This document shows, piece by piece, positions 26,202 through 35,541 of a stretch of 64,000 bases of DNA (position 1 is its first letter; every line of letters begins with the position of its first letter). Below the pieces are notes generated by a model that saw nothing but the letters and a program-made list of their open reading frames with translations, was not told the origin of the DNA and made no database searches. Source of the stretch: Bacteroidales bacterium. Lineage in GTDB: Bacteria > Bacteroidota > Bacteroidia > Bacteroidales > GCA-2748055. The translations under genes were made by a program, and so were the position numbers. The stretch spans positions 1,477 to 65,476 of the forward strand of contig JAXGMU010000010.1 of assembly GCA_040768485.1 (NCBI GenBank), in the 5' to 3' direction.

Positions 26202-27995
26202 ATGGTACGCTTCATGAACAAGTCAGGAAAGGGCATCATTCCTGCAATCATAACAGTCATCATACCGGTCATCCTGCCTGTCATCCTGCTGGCAGGTGCA
26301 CCGCAGCAGCAGGCATATTCGCAGCGCAATGGCCGTACAAATGATTTAAGGGTAGTCCCGGTACATCAAAACGGGAAGATTGATCCTGTGATCAGGATTT
26401 CCGGCATGAGCGCGGACAGGGTCCCGAAATACGAAAAATTCGAAGTGCTCATCGATCTTGATCACGTGGAAATCGATAATCCATATGATCCGGAAAATAT
26501 TGATGTATACGGCCTGTTCAAAGCTCCTTCAGGAAGGGAGATCAGGATCAACGGATTTTATGACGATTACCTGGGGGCCGGGCAGTGGAAGCTGCGGTTC
26601 TCTCCCGCTGAAACAGGAACATACTTCTACCAGCTATTCGTGGAGAATGGGGGAGGCAGGGGTGCTTCGGCCCGTGCACAGTTCGCGGCGGTGGAATCGG
26701 AGCACCACGGCTGGATCAGGCCCTCCGAAGTGAATCCGCACTATTTTGCACATGATGACGGGACCACTTACTACGGGGTGGGGGTCTACTCTCCCTGGAG
26801 GAACAACATGGAGCGGTTTGAGACATTTGCAGAGCACGATGCGAACCTGTTTGCCATCTGGGACATTACCTACGGCGGTTTCGTGAACGGCACCGGTCTG
26901 ATCGAGGAAGAGCTGGGAAGGTACAACCAGCTGAAGTGCGGACGGATCGATTCGATGCTTTCCATTTTCGAGCAAAGCGGGATCCGGCTCATGTACGCCA
27001 TCTGGCCGCACGACCTGTTTTCCGAGACCGTCTGGGCAGCGCAGTGGAAAATCAATCCTTACAGCCGGCTGGTGGATGTGGATGAGGTGTACAGCGACTC
27101 CCTGGTCTGGGAGTACCAGAAAAAAAAGTACCGGTACATGGTGGCCCGGTTTGCCCACAGCCGGAGCATGGGGATCTGGGAACTGATCAACGAAATGAAC
27201 GGCACCGACGGATGGGCGCACGGAAGGCACCGGGAATGCTACGACTGGATCGGAAAATGCGAGCGGTGGTTCGAAGAGAACGATCCGTATAACCACCCGG
27301 TCACCGCATCATTCAGCGGAGGCTACGGGGAATACCGGGAAGAGCTGTACGAGCTGACAGACATTCCCAATATCCATATTTATCCGGCTCAGGGATGGCC
27401 GGCGGAATACCCGGACGACACCATGCGCAGCGCCATGTATAATTATGCATGGGCGAGCAGGCGCTTTTGGGACCGTTTTGAAAAGCCGGCCATCTTCGGG
27501 GAGGCCGGGGCGGGACTGGCTTACTATTCACCCCGTGAGAAGGCGTATCATATTTCCTATCACAACCAGATCTGGGCCTCTCTTGTCAACGGGCTGGCAG
27601 CCACTCCGGTGTGGTGGGATTATCCGGTGCTGACCGCCGGGGACTGGGACCAGCTGAAGGTGCTGGCAGGGTTCGTATCCCCGCTGGACCTGGCGAACCG
27701 GCCTTACCGACCACTTGAGGCCGTTGCTGACGGGACGGACCTTTATGTGATGGGCACCGACACAGATGCGTTCGGCTGGGGCGGGGTCTTCGGGAAGGAG
27801 AAGCCAGGCGGAAAGGAATTCCGGATCCGCGGGCTGGATGACCGCCAGTACACCGTATCCTGGGTGGATCCGTGGAGCGGAAAAACCCTGGGATCAACCC
27901 GGGTACCATCCCGCAACGGGGAACTGGCGATCACGGTACCACCCACCTATGATGCGCATCCCGATGTGGCATTCAGGATTGTCGAATTCGAATAA
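26202..27995 (+). CDS. DUF5060-like N-terminal domain plus GH5-like (cellulase-superfamily) TIM barrel, exported
   Basis: Hydrophobic leader. KFEVLIDL...NPYDPENIDVYGLFKAPSGREIRINGFYDDY...WKLRFSPAETGTYFYQLFV (DUF5060-like). WELINEMNG provides a candidate NE acid/base. Paralogous architecture to 23408-25261. Confidence 0.75.
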   Translation: MVRFMNKSGKGIIPAIITVIIPVILPVILLAGAPQQQAYSQRNGRTNDLRVVPVHQNGKIDPVIRISGMSADRVPKYEKFEVLIDLDHVEIDNPYDPENIDVYGLFKAPSGREIRINGFYDDYLGAGQWKLRFSPAETGTYFYQLFVENGGGRGASARAQFAAVESEHHGWIRPSEVNPHYFAHDDGTTYYGVGVYSPWRNNMERFETFAEHDANLFAIWDITYGGFVNGTGLIEEELGRYNQLKCGRIDSMLSIFEQSGIRLMYAIWPHDLFSETVWAAQWKINPYSRLVDVDEVYSDSLVWEYQKKKYRYMVARFAHSRSMGIWELINEMNGTDGWAHGRHRECYDWIGKCERWFEENDPYNHPVTASFSGGYGEYREELYELTDIPNIHIYPAQGWPAEYPDDTMRSAMYNYAWASRRFWDRFEKPAIFGEAGAGLAYYSPREKAYHISYHNQIWASLVNGLAATPVWWDYPVLTAGDWDQLKVLAGFVSPLDLANRPYRPLEAVADGTDLYVMGTDTDAFGWGGVFGKEKPGGKEFRIRGLDDRQYTVSWVDPWSGKTLGSTRVPSRNGELAITVPPTYDAHPDVAFRIVEFE

Positions 27996-28031
27996 CCAAA
28001 TGGTCCGGGACCAGTCAGATAGTTCCTGTGG

Positions 28032-28646
28032 TTACCTTTTCTTCAGAAATTTGCCCAGGAAGGACATGCCGAGTTCCGAGACGTCGTCCATCACGTTCCC
28101 GTCATTGTCCCGGTCCAGGAGCTGACTGATCACGCCGTGAGATTGTGAGGCCTGCTTCTTTTCGGTTTTCAGGTACGAATTCAGCAGCCCGCTGATCGCG
28201 CTGCCGCTTCCCGAACTTTTCTTGCCCAGAAGCCCCATGACCAGGGGGGCGGCGATTTCAAGGATCTTACCGGCAGATTCCCCGCTGAGACCTGCATCCT
28301 TGCTGATGTATTTTTCCACGTTCTGGCGCTTATCTCCCAGCACATGCCTCAGGATCCCGGCACCGTTGGCCGATTCCGGATTGCTCAGGAAATCTCCCAG
28401 GTTATCCAGCAGGCTTCCGTCGTGATCTTTCCTGACCGCGTTCTGAAGCGCTGCCTTTCCTTCCCGGGTGCTGCTGTTCCTGGCCAAAGCGTTCATCAGG
28501 ATGGGGATGGCGCTGGCGAGGGCGGATTGTGTCTGCTGGGGGGAAGCATTGGTTTTCTTGCTGATGGTCTGCAGTGAGTTATCGTCTAACCGCGATAACA
28601 ATTCACTTAATGGATTTTCTTTTTTCATAGAGATAAATTTAATCAA
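28032..28646 (-). CDS. DUF937-like protein (hypothetical)
   Basis: 204 aa with repeated helical segments (LASAIPILMNALARN, AGILRHVLGDK, ILEIAAPLVMGLLGKK) resembling DUF937 proteins. Family assignment is from memory. Confidence 0.6.
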   Translation of the reverse strand: MIKFISMKKENPLSELLSRLDDNSLQTISKKTNASPQQTQSALASAIPILMNALARNSSTREGKAALQNAVRKDHDGSLLDNLGDFLSNPESANGAGILRHVLGDKRQNVEKYISKDAGLSGESAGKILEIAAPLVMGLLGKKSSGSGSAISGLLNSYLKTEKKQASQSHGVISQLLDRDNDGNVMDDVSELGMSFLGKFLKKR

Positions 28647-28871
28647 TTTATCGATCTAAATTCCGGAGGATGAGAAAAATCTGAAAATGATTCTGATGGC
28701 ACACCGCCGGGTCAAAATGTCAGCCGTCCGCCTCCTGTTTGCTGGACAATTTGACGCGGACAACCCGCTGCAGCCGGCTGGCGCATATTTTGCATATGAA
28801 TTCCCGGGGATCATTATGATGGCAGCTTGTTGCAGTTGCCCGGCAATTTCACGGGGTAATTCAATGTTGTA

Positions 28872-29870
28872 ATGGAGTACAGGGATTATTATAAAACACT
28901 GGGCGTTTCCAGAAGCGCAAGCCAGGAAGAGATCAAGAAGGCTTACCGGCAGATGGCGGTGAAATATCACCCGGACAAGAACAAGGGTGATAAAAAGGCT
29001 GAAGAACGCTTCAAGGAGATCAGTGAGGCCTACGAAGTGCTGAAAGATCCCGGAAAGAGGAAAAAATATGACCGGCTGGGTGCGGACTGGGATAAATACC
29101 AGGATGCGGAGGCTCCCGGATCCGGATTTTCACGGGCATGGAGCGGACCTCGAGGCGGACGGACTTTTCATTTCGAAGGGGATCCGGGTGACTTGTTCGG
29201 GAATGCCGGAAGCGGGTTCTCTGATTTTTTCAATGCATTCTTTGCGGATATGGGGGACGGACAACCGGAATTTGACCGGAGGGGCGTTTTTTTCGAAAAC
29301 GGGTCGACCGGATTCGGACATGGTCAGACCGGGTCCGGAACCCGCCGCCGGTCCGCCAGGGGAGAAGACCTGCGTGCGGAAATGGAGATCAGCCTTTCCG
29401 AGGCTTATCACGGGACATCGAGGATCCTGCAGGTGGATGGGGAGAAGCTCAGGGTTACCACCAAACCCGGTGCCTATGACGGCCAGGAACTGCGGATCAG
29501 GGGCAAAGGCGGAAGGGGGACGGGCGGTGCCTCTGCGGGTGATATCTACATCAGGATCAGGGTGCGGCCTGAACCCGGTTACCAGAGAGAGGGGAACGAC
29601 CTCACGATGAAAGCCGATACAGACCTGTATACAGCCGTGCTGGGTGGAAAGATCGAGATCAATACGCTGGCGGGTCGGCTCAGTGTTCCGGTACCTGCCG
29701 GCACCCAGAACGGGAGCAGGCTCAGGCTCAGGGGGAAGGGGATGCCGTTTTACGGGAAGCCCGGACAGGCGGGGGATCTGTATGTACAAATCCATGTGCT
29801 CATTCCCAAGAACCTGGACCGGGAAGAACTCCGGCTGTTCAGGCAGCTGAAGGAACTGAGAAGCACATGA
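28872..29870 (+). CDS. cbpA: J-domain co-chaperone, CbpA type (DnaJ without the zinc-finger domain)
   Basis: [33 protein letters not shown] with the HPD motif, a G/F-rich linker, and DnaJ C-terminal domains ([18 protein letters not shown]..., [12 protein letters not shown]). No CxxCxGxG repeats. Confidence 0.85.
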   Translation: MEYRDYYKTLGVSRSASQEEIKKAYRQMAVKYHPDKNKGDKKAEERFKEISEAYEVLKDPGKRKKYDRLGADWDKYQDAEAPGSGFSRAWSGPRGGRTFHFEGDPGDLFGNAGSGFSDFFNAFFADMGDGQPEFDRRGVFFENGSTGFGHGQTGSGTRRRSARGEDLRAEMEISLSEAYHGTSRILQVDGEKLRVTTKPGAYDGQELRIRGKGGRGTGGASAGDIYIRIRVRPEPGYQREGNDLTMKADTDLYTAVLGGKIEINTLAGRLSVPVPAGTQNGSRLRLRGKGMPFYGKPGQAGDLYVQIHVLIPKNLDREELRLFRQLKELRST

Positions 29871-29887
29871 AAGGAACGAAAAAGCCC

Positions 29888-29909
29888 ACCAGGGAATCTG
29901 GTTTTTTTT
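29888..29909 (+). terminator. Weak rho-independent terminator candidate after the J-protein gene
   Basis: ACCAG-ggaat-CTGGT hairpin with a 5-bp stem, followed by a run of T (29903-29909), 18 nt after the stop codon. Confidence 0.3.
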
Positions 29910-29934
29910 ATACAGGGGGCGGTTTGCATTAAAC

Positions 29935-29987
29935 TTTTCGGTATTTTTTCGGTCCAATTGTAATCTGGTTCTTTTTAATACCGAAAA
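29935..29987. promoter_or_regulatory. 11-bp inverted repeat (TTTTCGGTATT / AATACCGAAAA) upstream of the RND efflux operon
   Basis: Arms at 29935-29945 and 29977-29987, with a 31-nt spacer that contains a third TTTTCGGT half-site (29946-29953). It lies 30-80 nt upstream of the TTG start at 30018. Confidence 0.3.
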
Positions 29988-30017
29988 AGACCGATTAAAG
30001 GAATTAATTCGCTGACA

Positions 30018-31148
30018 TTGAACAAGAAAAGGATTATCAGGGTGATCACGATCATTGCCCTGACGCTGGTGGTGCTGGGGATCATCCTCTATCCCAAGTT
30101 CAATCATTTATTCAGATCAGGAGGCGGAGCAGAAGCCGCCGCGGCCCCTGGTCCCAGGGGGATGCGGGGCGGCGGACAGCCGCTGCTGGCCACCGGGTAC
30201 CTGATTTCCCCGGCACAGATGAACGAATTGAGAAACACCACAGGATCCCTGGTACCCGATGAAGAGGTGGACCTTGCTTTCGAAACATCGGGCAAGGTGG
30301 TCGGGATCTTTTTTGAAGAGGGAACCCGGGTAAGGGAAGGGGAACTGCTCGCCAAGATCAACGACAAACCATTGCAGGCCCAGTTACTGAAGCTGCAGGC
30401 GCAGAGAAAGCTTGCCGAGGAGCGGGAATTCCGGCAGCGGCAGCTTCTCGAAAGGGATGCCATCAGCCAGGAGAGTTACGACCAGGTGTCCACCGAATTG
30501 CAGTCCCTCCAGGCGGATATTATGCTGGTCGAGGCCCGGATCGCCGAGACGGAACTGAGGGCTCCTTTCGACGGTACCGTGGGACTGCGCCTGATCAGCG
30601 AGGGGGCTTTTGCAACCACCCAGACAAAGATCGTCCGGCTCGTGAAGACCGTCCCGCTGAAGATCGAATTTTCCATTCCAGAACGTTATTCGGGCGAGGT
30701 TTCTCCGGGATTCCCCATTTCATTCGTGGTGGATGGCATCCAGAAGGCATTCACGGCAAAAGTATATGCCGTGGATCCCAAGGTGGATATGGAAACCCGC
30801 ACCATTGTGGTGAGGGCACTGTATCCCAATAACAATGAGGAACTGAAGCCCGGGCGTTATGTCAGTGTCCGCCTCCTGCTTTCACAAATTGAGAATACAG
30901 TGGCGATCCCGTCGGAAGCGGTGATCCCCGAGATGGGAGGCGAAAAGGTGTTTGTCCTGAAAAACGGGAAAGCCAGGGAGGTGGCCGTGGAGATCGGTCT
31001 CCGCACCGAGTCCCATGTCCAGATCCTCGAAGGCCTCACATTTGGCGACACCCTGCTGACCACCGCCATCCTGCAGTTGCGCCAGGGAATCCCCGTACAA
31101 CTTGATTCGCTGGTCATCAGCAGGCCACCCGTAAACGGTATGCCATGA
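30018..31148 (+). CDS. RND efflux periplasmic adaptor (membrane fusion protein)
   Basis: N-terminal membrane anchor, a coiled-coil region (LQAQLLKLQAQRKLAEEREFRQRQLL), a lipoyl/beta-barrel block (TELRAPFDGTVG), and ATGA overlap with the RND pump gene. TTG start with no upstream ATG in frame. Confidence 0.9.
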   Translation: MNKKRIIRVITIIALTLVVLGIILYPKFNHLFRSGGGAEAAAAPGPRGMRGGGQPLLATGYLISPAQMNELRNTTGSLVPDEEVDLAFETSGKVVGIFFEEGTRVREGELLAKINDKPLQAQLLKLQAQRKLAEEREFRQRQLLERDAISQESYDQVSTELQSLQADIMLVEARIAETELRAPFDGTVGLRLISEGAFATTQTKIVRLVKTVPLKIEFSIPERYSGEVSPGFPISFVVDGIQKAFTAKVYAVDPKVDMETRTIVVRALYPNNNEELKPGRYVSVRLLLSQIENTVAIPSEAVIPEMGGEKVFVLKNGKAREVAVEIGLRTESHVQILEGLTFGDTLLTTAILQLRQGIPVQLDSLVISRPPVNGMP

Positions 31149-34100
31149 GTCTGTCGTCTGTCAGCATCAAGCGTCCCGTCCTCGCCACAGTTTTTTCACT
31201 GGTGATCCTTCTTTTCGGGGGGATCGGACTCACATTCCTCGGGATCAGGGAGTTCCCCAGCGTGGATCCACCGTTGATCTCGGTCAATACTTCCTATCCG
31301 GGAGCCAACTCCGATATCATTGAAACACAGATCACCGAGCCCCTGGAACAGTCCATCAACGGGATCCCGGGGATCCGCACCCTGACCAGCCGCAGCAGCC
31401 AGGGACGCAGCAGTATTTCGGTCGAGTTCGAACTGAGTGTGGATATGGAAACCGCTGCGAATGATGTGCGTGACAAGGTGTCCCAGGCCCAGCGGTTTTT
31501 ACCCCGCGACTGTGATCCCCCCACCGTCTCCAAGGCCGATGCCGATGCGAGTCCCATCATGATGATCGGGGTGCAGAGCAAAAGCAGGTCGCTTTTGGGA
31601 ATTTCCGAGATCGCAGACCTTACTTTCAAGGAGCAGCTGCAGACCATTTCCGGGGTCAGTGCCATTTTCATCTGGGGTGAAAAACGGTATGCCATGCGGA
31701 TCTGGCTCGATCCGGAAAAACTGGCCGGATACCAGATGACCCCGCTGGATGTGCGGAACGCCATCCTTCGCGAAAATGTGGAGCTTCCGGCAGGAAGTAT
31801 CGAAGGAAACACCATTGAGCTGACCATCCGGGCGCTGGGACTGATGACCACCCCGCAGGAGTTCAACAATTTGATATTGAAGCAGACGGGCGACCAGATC
31901 GTCCGGGTCAGCGACATCGGCCGCGCGGAGCTTGGCCCGGAAGACCTGCGGGGGATCATGAAAGTCAACGGGATACCCACCATTGCCCTGGTGATCATTC
32001 CGCAGCCCGGGGCCAACCACATTGAGATCGTCGATGAGGTATATGAGCGGCTTGAATATATCAAGAAGGACCTGCCCGAAGATGTGACCTACATGGTGGG
32101 TTTTGACAATACAAAGTACATCCGTTCCTCCATCAGGGAGGTGGAGCAGACCATTTTCATAGCGTTCCTGCTGGTGGTGCTCATCATTTTCATATTCCTG
32201 CGCGACTGGCGCACCACGATGATCCCGATCATCGTGATCCCCGTCTCCCTGGTCGGGTCGTTTTTTGTAATGTACCTGTTCGGCTTTACCATCAATGTGC
32301 TCACCCTGCTGGCGGTGGTGCTATCCATCGGCCTGGTGGTCGATGATGCCATCGTCATGATGGAGAATATCTATGTGAAGATCGAACAGGGAATGACCCC
32401 GCTGGAGGCGGGGTTGAAAGGGGCCAATGAGATATTTTTTGCCATCCTGTCCACGACCATCACACTGGTGGCGGTGTTCATTCCCATCGTCTTCCTGGAG
32501 GGGATGACAGGAAGGCTGTTCAGGGAATTCAGCATCGTCATTGCCGGGGCGGTGGTCATCTCTTCTTTTGTGGCGCTCACCCTGACGCCCATGCTCTCAA
32601 CCAAGATGCTGAAGACCAGGCACAAAAGGAGCAAAGCCTATCAATTCACAGAAAAATTCTTCGTCCGGCTGAACAGTGTTTATAAGAATTCACTGGACTC
32701 CTTCCTGCAAAAGAAGTACATCGCTCTGATCATCCTGGGTGCGGCGATCGTGCTCATCGTTGTTCTCTGGAAAGCCATTCCGGCCGAGATGGCTCCCCTG
32801 GAGGACCGCTCCCAGATGAATGTGAGCATCACCACCCAGGAAGGTTCCACATACGAATTCAACCTCAGCTATATAGAGGAAGTTTCCGCGATGATCGACA
32901 GCCTGGTCCCCGAGTATGACAAAATCATGGAGAGGGCCTGGTCCAGCGGCGGATTCGTGCGCATGACACTGGTGGAACCCGATGAGCGGGAACGTTCCCA
33001 GCAGGAGATCGCCAACCAGGTGACACAGGAACTTCGGAAAATGACCCGGGCAAGGGCCAACGTGATCCAGCAGTCCACCTTCGGCGGAAGGCGTGCCGGA
33101 CTGCCCGTCCAGTATGTCCTGCAGGCGCCCAATATCGAGAAACTGCGCGAGGTGCTTCCGGAATTCATGAACGAGGTGAGTCAGAATCCGGTATTCGAGA
33201 TGGCCGATGTGAACCTGAAGTTCACAAAGCCCGAGCTGCAGATCGTCATCAACAGGGACAAGGCCAATTTGCTGGGGGTCTCCACGCAGAATATCGGACA
33301 GACGCTGCAGCTGGCGCTGAGCGGACAGCGGTTCGGCTATTTCATCATGAACGGCAAGCAGTACCAGATCCTGGGAGAACTGGCCCGGGATGACCGGAAC
33401 AAGCCGCTTGACCTGAAATCGCTTTATGTGAGGAACAACAGCGGGCAGATGGTCCAGCTGGACAATTTCGTTACCCTGCAGGAGTCCACCGCCCCGCCCC
33501 AGCTATACCGTTACAACCGTTTTGTGGCAGCCACCGTTTCTTCGGGACTGGCGGAAGGGAAAACCATCAGCCAGGGGATCGATGAAATGGACAAGATCGC
33601 AAAGAACGTGCTCGACGATACCTTCAGGACCGCCCTGGCGGGCGACTCCAAGGACTTCATGGAAAGCTCCTCCAGCCTGATGTTCGCGTTCCTGCTGGCC
33701 ATCGTGCTGATCTTCCTGGTCCTTTCGGCCCAGTTCGAGAGTTTCAAGGATCCGGTGATCGTGATGATGACAGTCCCCCTGGCACTGACGGGTGCGCTGC
33801 TGTTCATGTGGTATTTCGATATCACCATGAACATTTTCAGCCAGATCGGGATCATCATGCTGATCGGACTGGTGTCCAAGAACGGGATCCTGATCGTGGA
33901 ATTTGCCAACCAGCGGAAGGCGGCCGGACTGAGCAAAAATGAGGCCATCCGGTACGCTTCCGCAGCCAGGTTCAGGCCCATCCTGATGACCAACCTGTCC
34001 ACCATCCTCGGTGTGATGCCGCTTGCACTCGGCTGGGGTGAAGGAGCGCAGAGCCGGGTTGCAATGGGGGTTGCGGTGGTAGGCGGACTCACCATTGCCA

Positions 34101-34222
34101 CATTCCTGACCCTGTATGTTGTACCTGCTATATACCTCTGGATTTCAGATGAATCGAAAAAGATCAAGAATGGCGAGGAAACCCCTGCCGAGGCAGAAGC
34201 CGTGGTCGTTGAGCAGAATTAA
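31145..34222 (+). CDS. RND (AcrB/HAE1-type) efflux permease
   Basis: 1025 aa. N-terminus SIKRPVLATVFSLVILLFG, and the typical VLSIGLVVDDAIVMMENI and LIGLVSKNGILIVEFAN blocks. 12-TM architecture with two large loops. Confidence 0.95.
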   Translation: MSLSSVSIKRPVLATVFSLVILLFGGIGLTFLGIREFPSVDPPLISVNTSYPGANSDIIETQITEPLEQSINGIPGIRTLTSRSSQGRSSISVEFELSVDMETAANDVRDKVSQAQRFLPRDCDPPTVSKADADASPIMMIGVQSKSRSLLGISEIADLTFKEQLQTISGVSAIFIWGEKRYAMRIWLDPEKLAGYQMTPLDVRNAILRENVELPAGSIEGNTIELTIRALGLMTTPQEFNNLILKQTGDQIVRVSDIGRAELGPEDLRGIMKVNGIPTIALVIIPQPGANHIEIVDEVYERLEYIKKDLPEDVTYMVGFDNTKYIRSSIREVEQTIFIAFLLVVLIIFIFLRDWRTTMIPIIVIPVSLVGSFFVMYLFGFTINVLTLLAVVLSIGLVVDDAIVMMENIYVKIEQGMTPLEAGLKGANEIFFAILSTTITLVAVFIPIVFLEGMTGRLFREFSIVIAGAVVISSFVALTLTPMLSTKMLKTRHKRSKAYQFTEKFFVRLNSVYKNSLDSFLQKKYIALIILGAAIVLIVVLWKAIPAEMAPLEDRSQMNVSITTQEGSTYEFNLSYIEEVSAMIDSLVPEYDKIMERAWSSGGFVRMTLVEPDERERSQQEIANQVTQELRKMTRARANVIQQSTFGGRRAGLPVQYVLQAPNIEKLREVLPEFMNEVSQNPVFEMADVNLKFTKPELQIVINRDKANLLGVSTQNIGQTLQLALSGQRFGYFIMNGKQYQILGELARDDRNKPLDLKSLYVRNNSGQMVQLDNFVTLQESTAPPQLYRYNRFVAATVSSGLAEGKTISQGIDEMDKIAKNVLDDTFRTALAGDSKDFMESSSSLMFAFLLAIVLIFLVLSAQFESFKDPVIVMMTVPLALTGALLFMWYFDITMNIFSQIGIIMLIGLVSKNGILIVEFANQRKAAGLSKNEAIRYASAARFRPILMTNLSTILGVMPLALGWGEGAQSRVAMGVAVVGGLTIATFLTLYVVPAIYLWISDESKKIKNGEETPAEAEAVVVEQN

Positions 34223-35531
34223 ATGGCTGGTTTTCCCGGTTTGTCTCCTGTGCATGACCGGAAGCATAGTTGCACAGGAGGTTTACGACCTGAGCCGGTG
34301 TATCCGGACCGGACTGGAGCAGAATTTCAGCCTGCAGGTGGTGCGCAACAGGGAAGATGTGGCAATCAACAATTATACCCCCGGGAATGCGGGGATGCTT
34401 CCGGATGTCACCACCACCAACCGCATCGGCGGCACGCTGAACAGCTCCACCCAGCATTACAGCGATGGAACCACAGGTGATCCGGGCTATGTTCACAACA
34501 CATCCGGTTCGGCTGCCCTCAACCTTGGAATGACCATCTTCAGGGGATTCCAGGTCAGGAACACCTACCAGAAACTGGGAGAACAGGCTACCCTGCAGGG
34601 ATTGAATACCCAGATGGAGATCGAGAACCTGGTGGCTGAGATCGTTTCAGAATACAATTATTACCTGGAGCAGCTGATCCAGTACGACAACCTGGCCTAT
34701 GCGGTATCCCTCTCGCGCGAGCGCCTCCGGATCGATGAGGAGCGCTACCTGCTGGGATCTGCCTCCAGGATGCAGCTCCTGCAGTCCATTGTCTACCTGA
34801 ATGCGGACAGCTCCCGGCTGGCCAGCCATAATGAAGTGCTCAAATCCTCGCAGATCAGGCTGAATGAACTGATGGCGTCCAGGGATCCGGGGGAGGAGTT
34901 CATCCTGAAAGACAGCATGATCACCCTGAATGTGGACCTCCGGTATGATTCCCTGCTCAACATGACACTGCAAAACAACACCAGCCTGCTGATCGCATCC
35001 AGCAACCGGGTCATCTCCGAGCTGGACTACAGGATCATCCAGTCCAGGGCTTATCCCTACCTCACCATGTCGTCCGGCTACGGGTACAACTACAATGGTT
35101 ACGGGAACGGCACACTGGACAACCAGCAGGTTCACGGGATGAATTACGGACTGACCCTGGGCATGGATCTGTTCGACGGGTTCAACCGCAGGCGCGAAAA
35201 AACAAATGCCCGCATCGAGATCGAGAACAGCGAGATCCGGTACAGGGAAGTGGAACAGTCGGTCAGGGCCGACCTGCTGACGATCTACTATGCCTATCAG
35301 AACAACCTGAACCTGTTGAGGCTGGAGGAGCAGAACCTGGAGGTGGCCAGGGAAAACCTGGAGATTGCCGTGGAGCGCTACAAGCTGGGCGATCTGTCCG
35401 GGCTGGAGCTTCGGGAAGTGCAGAAAAGCCTCCTGGATGCCGAGGAACGGCTCATTTCAGTCAAGTACCAGGTCAAACTGGCCGAGATCTCACTGCTGCA
35501 GATCTCCGGCAGGATCATGGATTACCTGTAA
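34170..35531 (+). CDS. TolC-family outer membrane efflux protein
   Basis: Signal peptide ...WLVFPVCLLCMTGSIVAQ, then the typical LSRCIRTGLEQNFSLQ start of OMF proteins and two coiled repeat halves. Start is uncertain: ATG 34170 or TTG 34209, both overlapping the pump gene end. The track gives 34116. Confidence 0.85.
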   Translation: MARKPLPRQKPWSLSRIKWLVFPVCLLCMTGSIVAQEVYDLSRCIRTGLEQNFSLQVVRNREDVAINNYTPGNAGMLPDVTTTNRIGGTLNSSTQHYSDGTTGDPGYVHNTSGSAALNLGMTIFRGFQVRNTYQKLGEQATLQGLNTQMEIENLVAEIVSEYNYYLEQLIQYDNLAYAVSLSRERLRIDEERYLLGSASRMQLLQSIVYLNADSSRLASHNEVLKSSQIRLNELMASRDPGEEFILKDSMITLNVDLRYDSLLNMTLQNNTSLLIASSNRVISELDYRIIQSRAYPYLTMSSGYGYNYNGYGNGTLDNQQVHGMNYGLTLGMDLFDGFNRRREKTNARIEIENSEIRYREVEQSVRADLLTIYYAYQNNLNLLRLEEQNLEVARENLEIAVERYKLGDLSGLELREVQKSLLDAEERLISVKYQVKLAEISLLQISGRIMDYL

Positions 35532-35541
35532 ACCAATTCCT

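Noticed and set aside
28656-28970. 104-aa minus-strand ORF in the DUF937/J-protein divergent spacer
   Set aside because: It overlaps the J-protein start, has no motif, and occupies what should be the shared promoter region.
29130-30107. 325-aa minus-strand ORF spanning the J-protein gene and the efflux-operon leader
   Set aside because: It is antisense to a gene with an unmistakable J-domain. It would also cross a terminator-like hairpin and the intergenic inverted repeat.
31294-34167. Several 85-256-aa minus-strand ORFs inside the RND pump gene
   Set aside because: They are antisense to a highly recognisable AcrB-type gene. The products are Ser/Thr/Met/Ile-rich nonsense.
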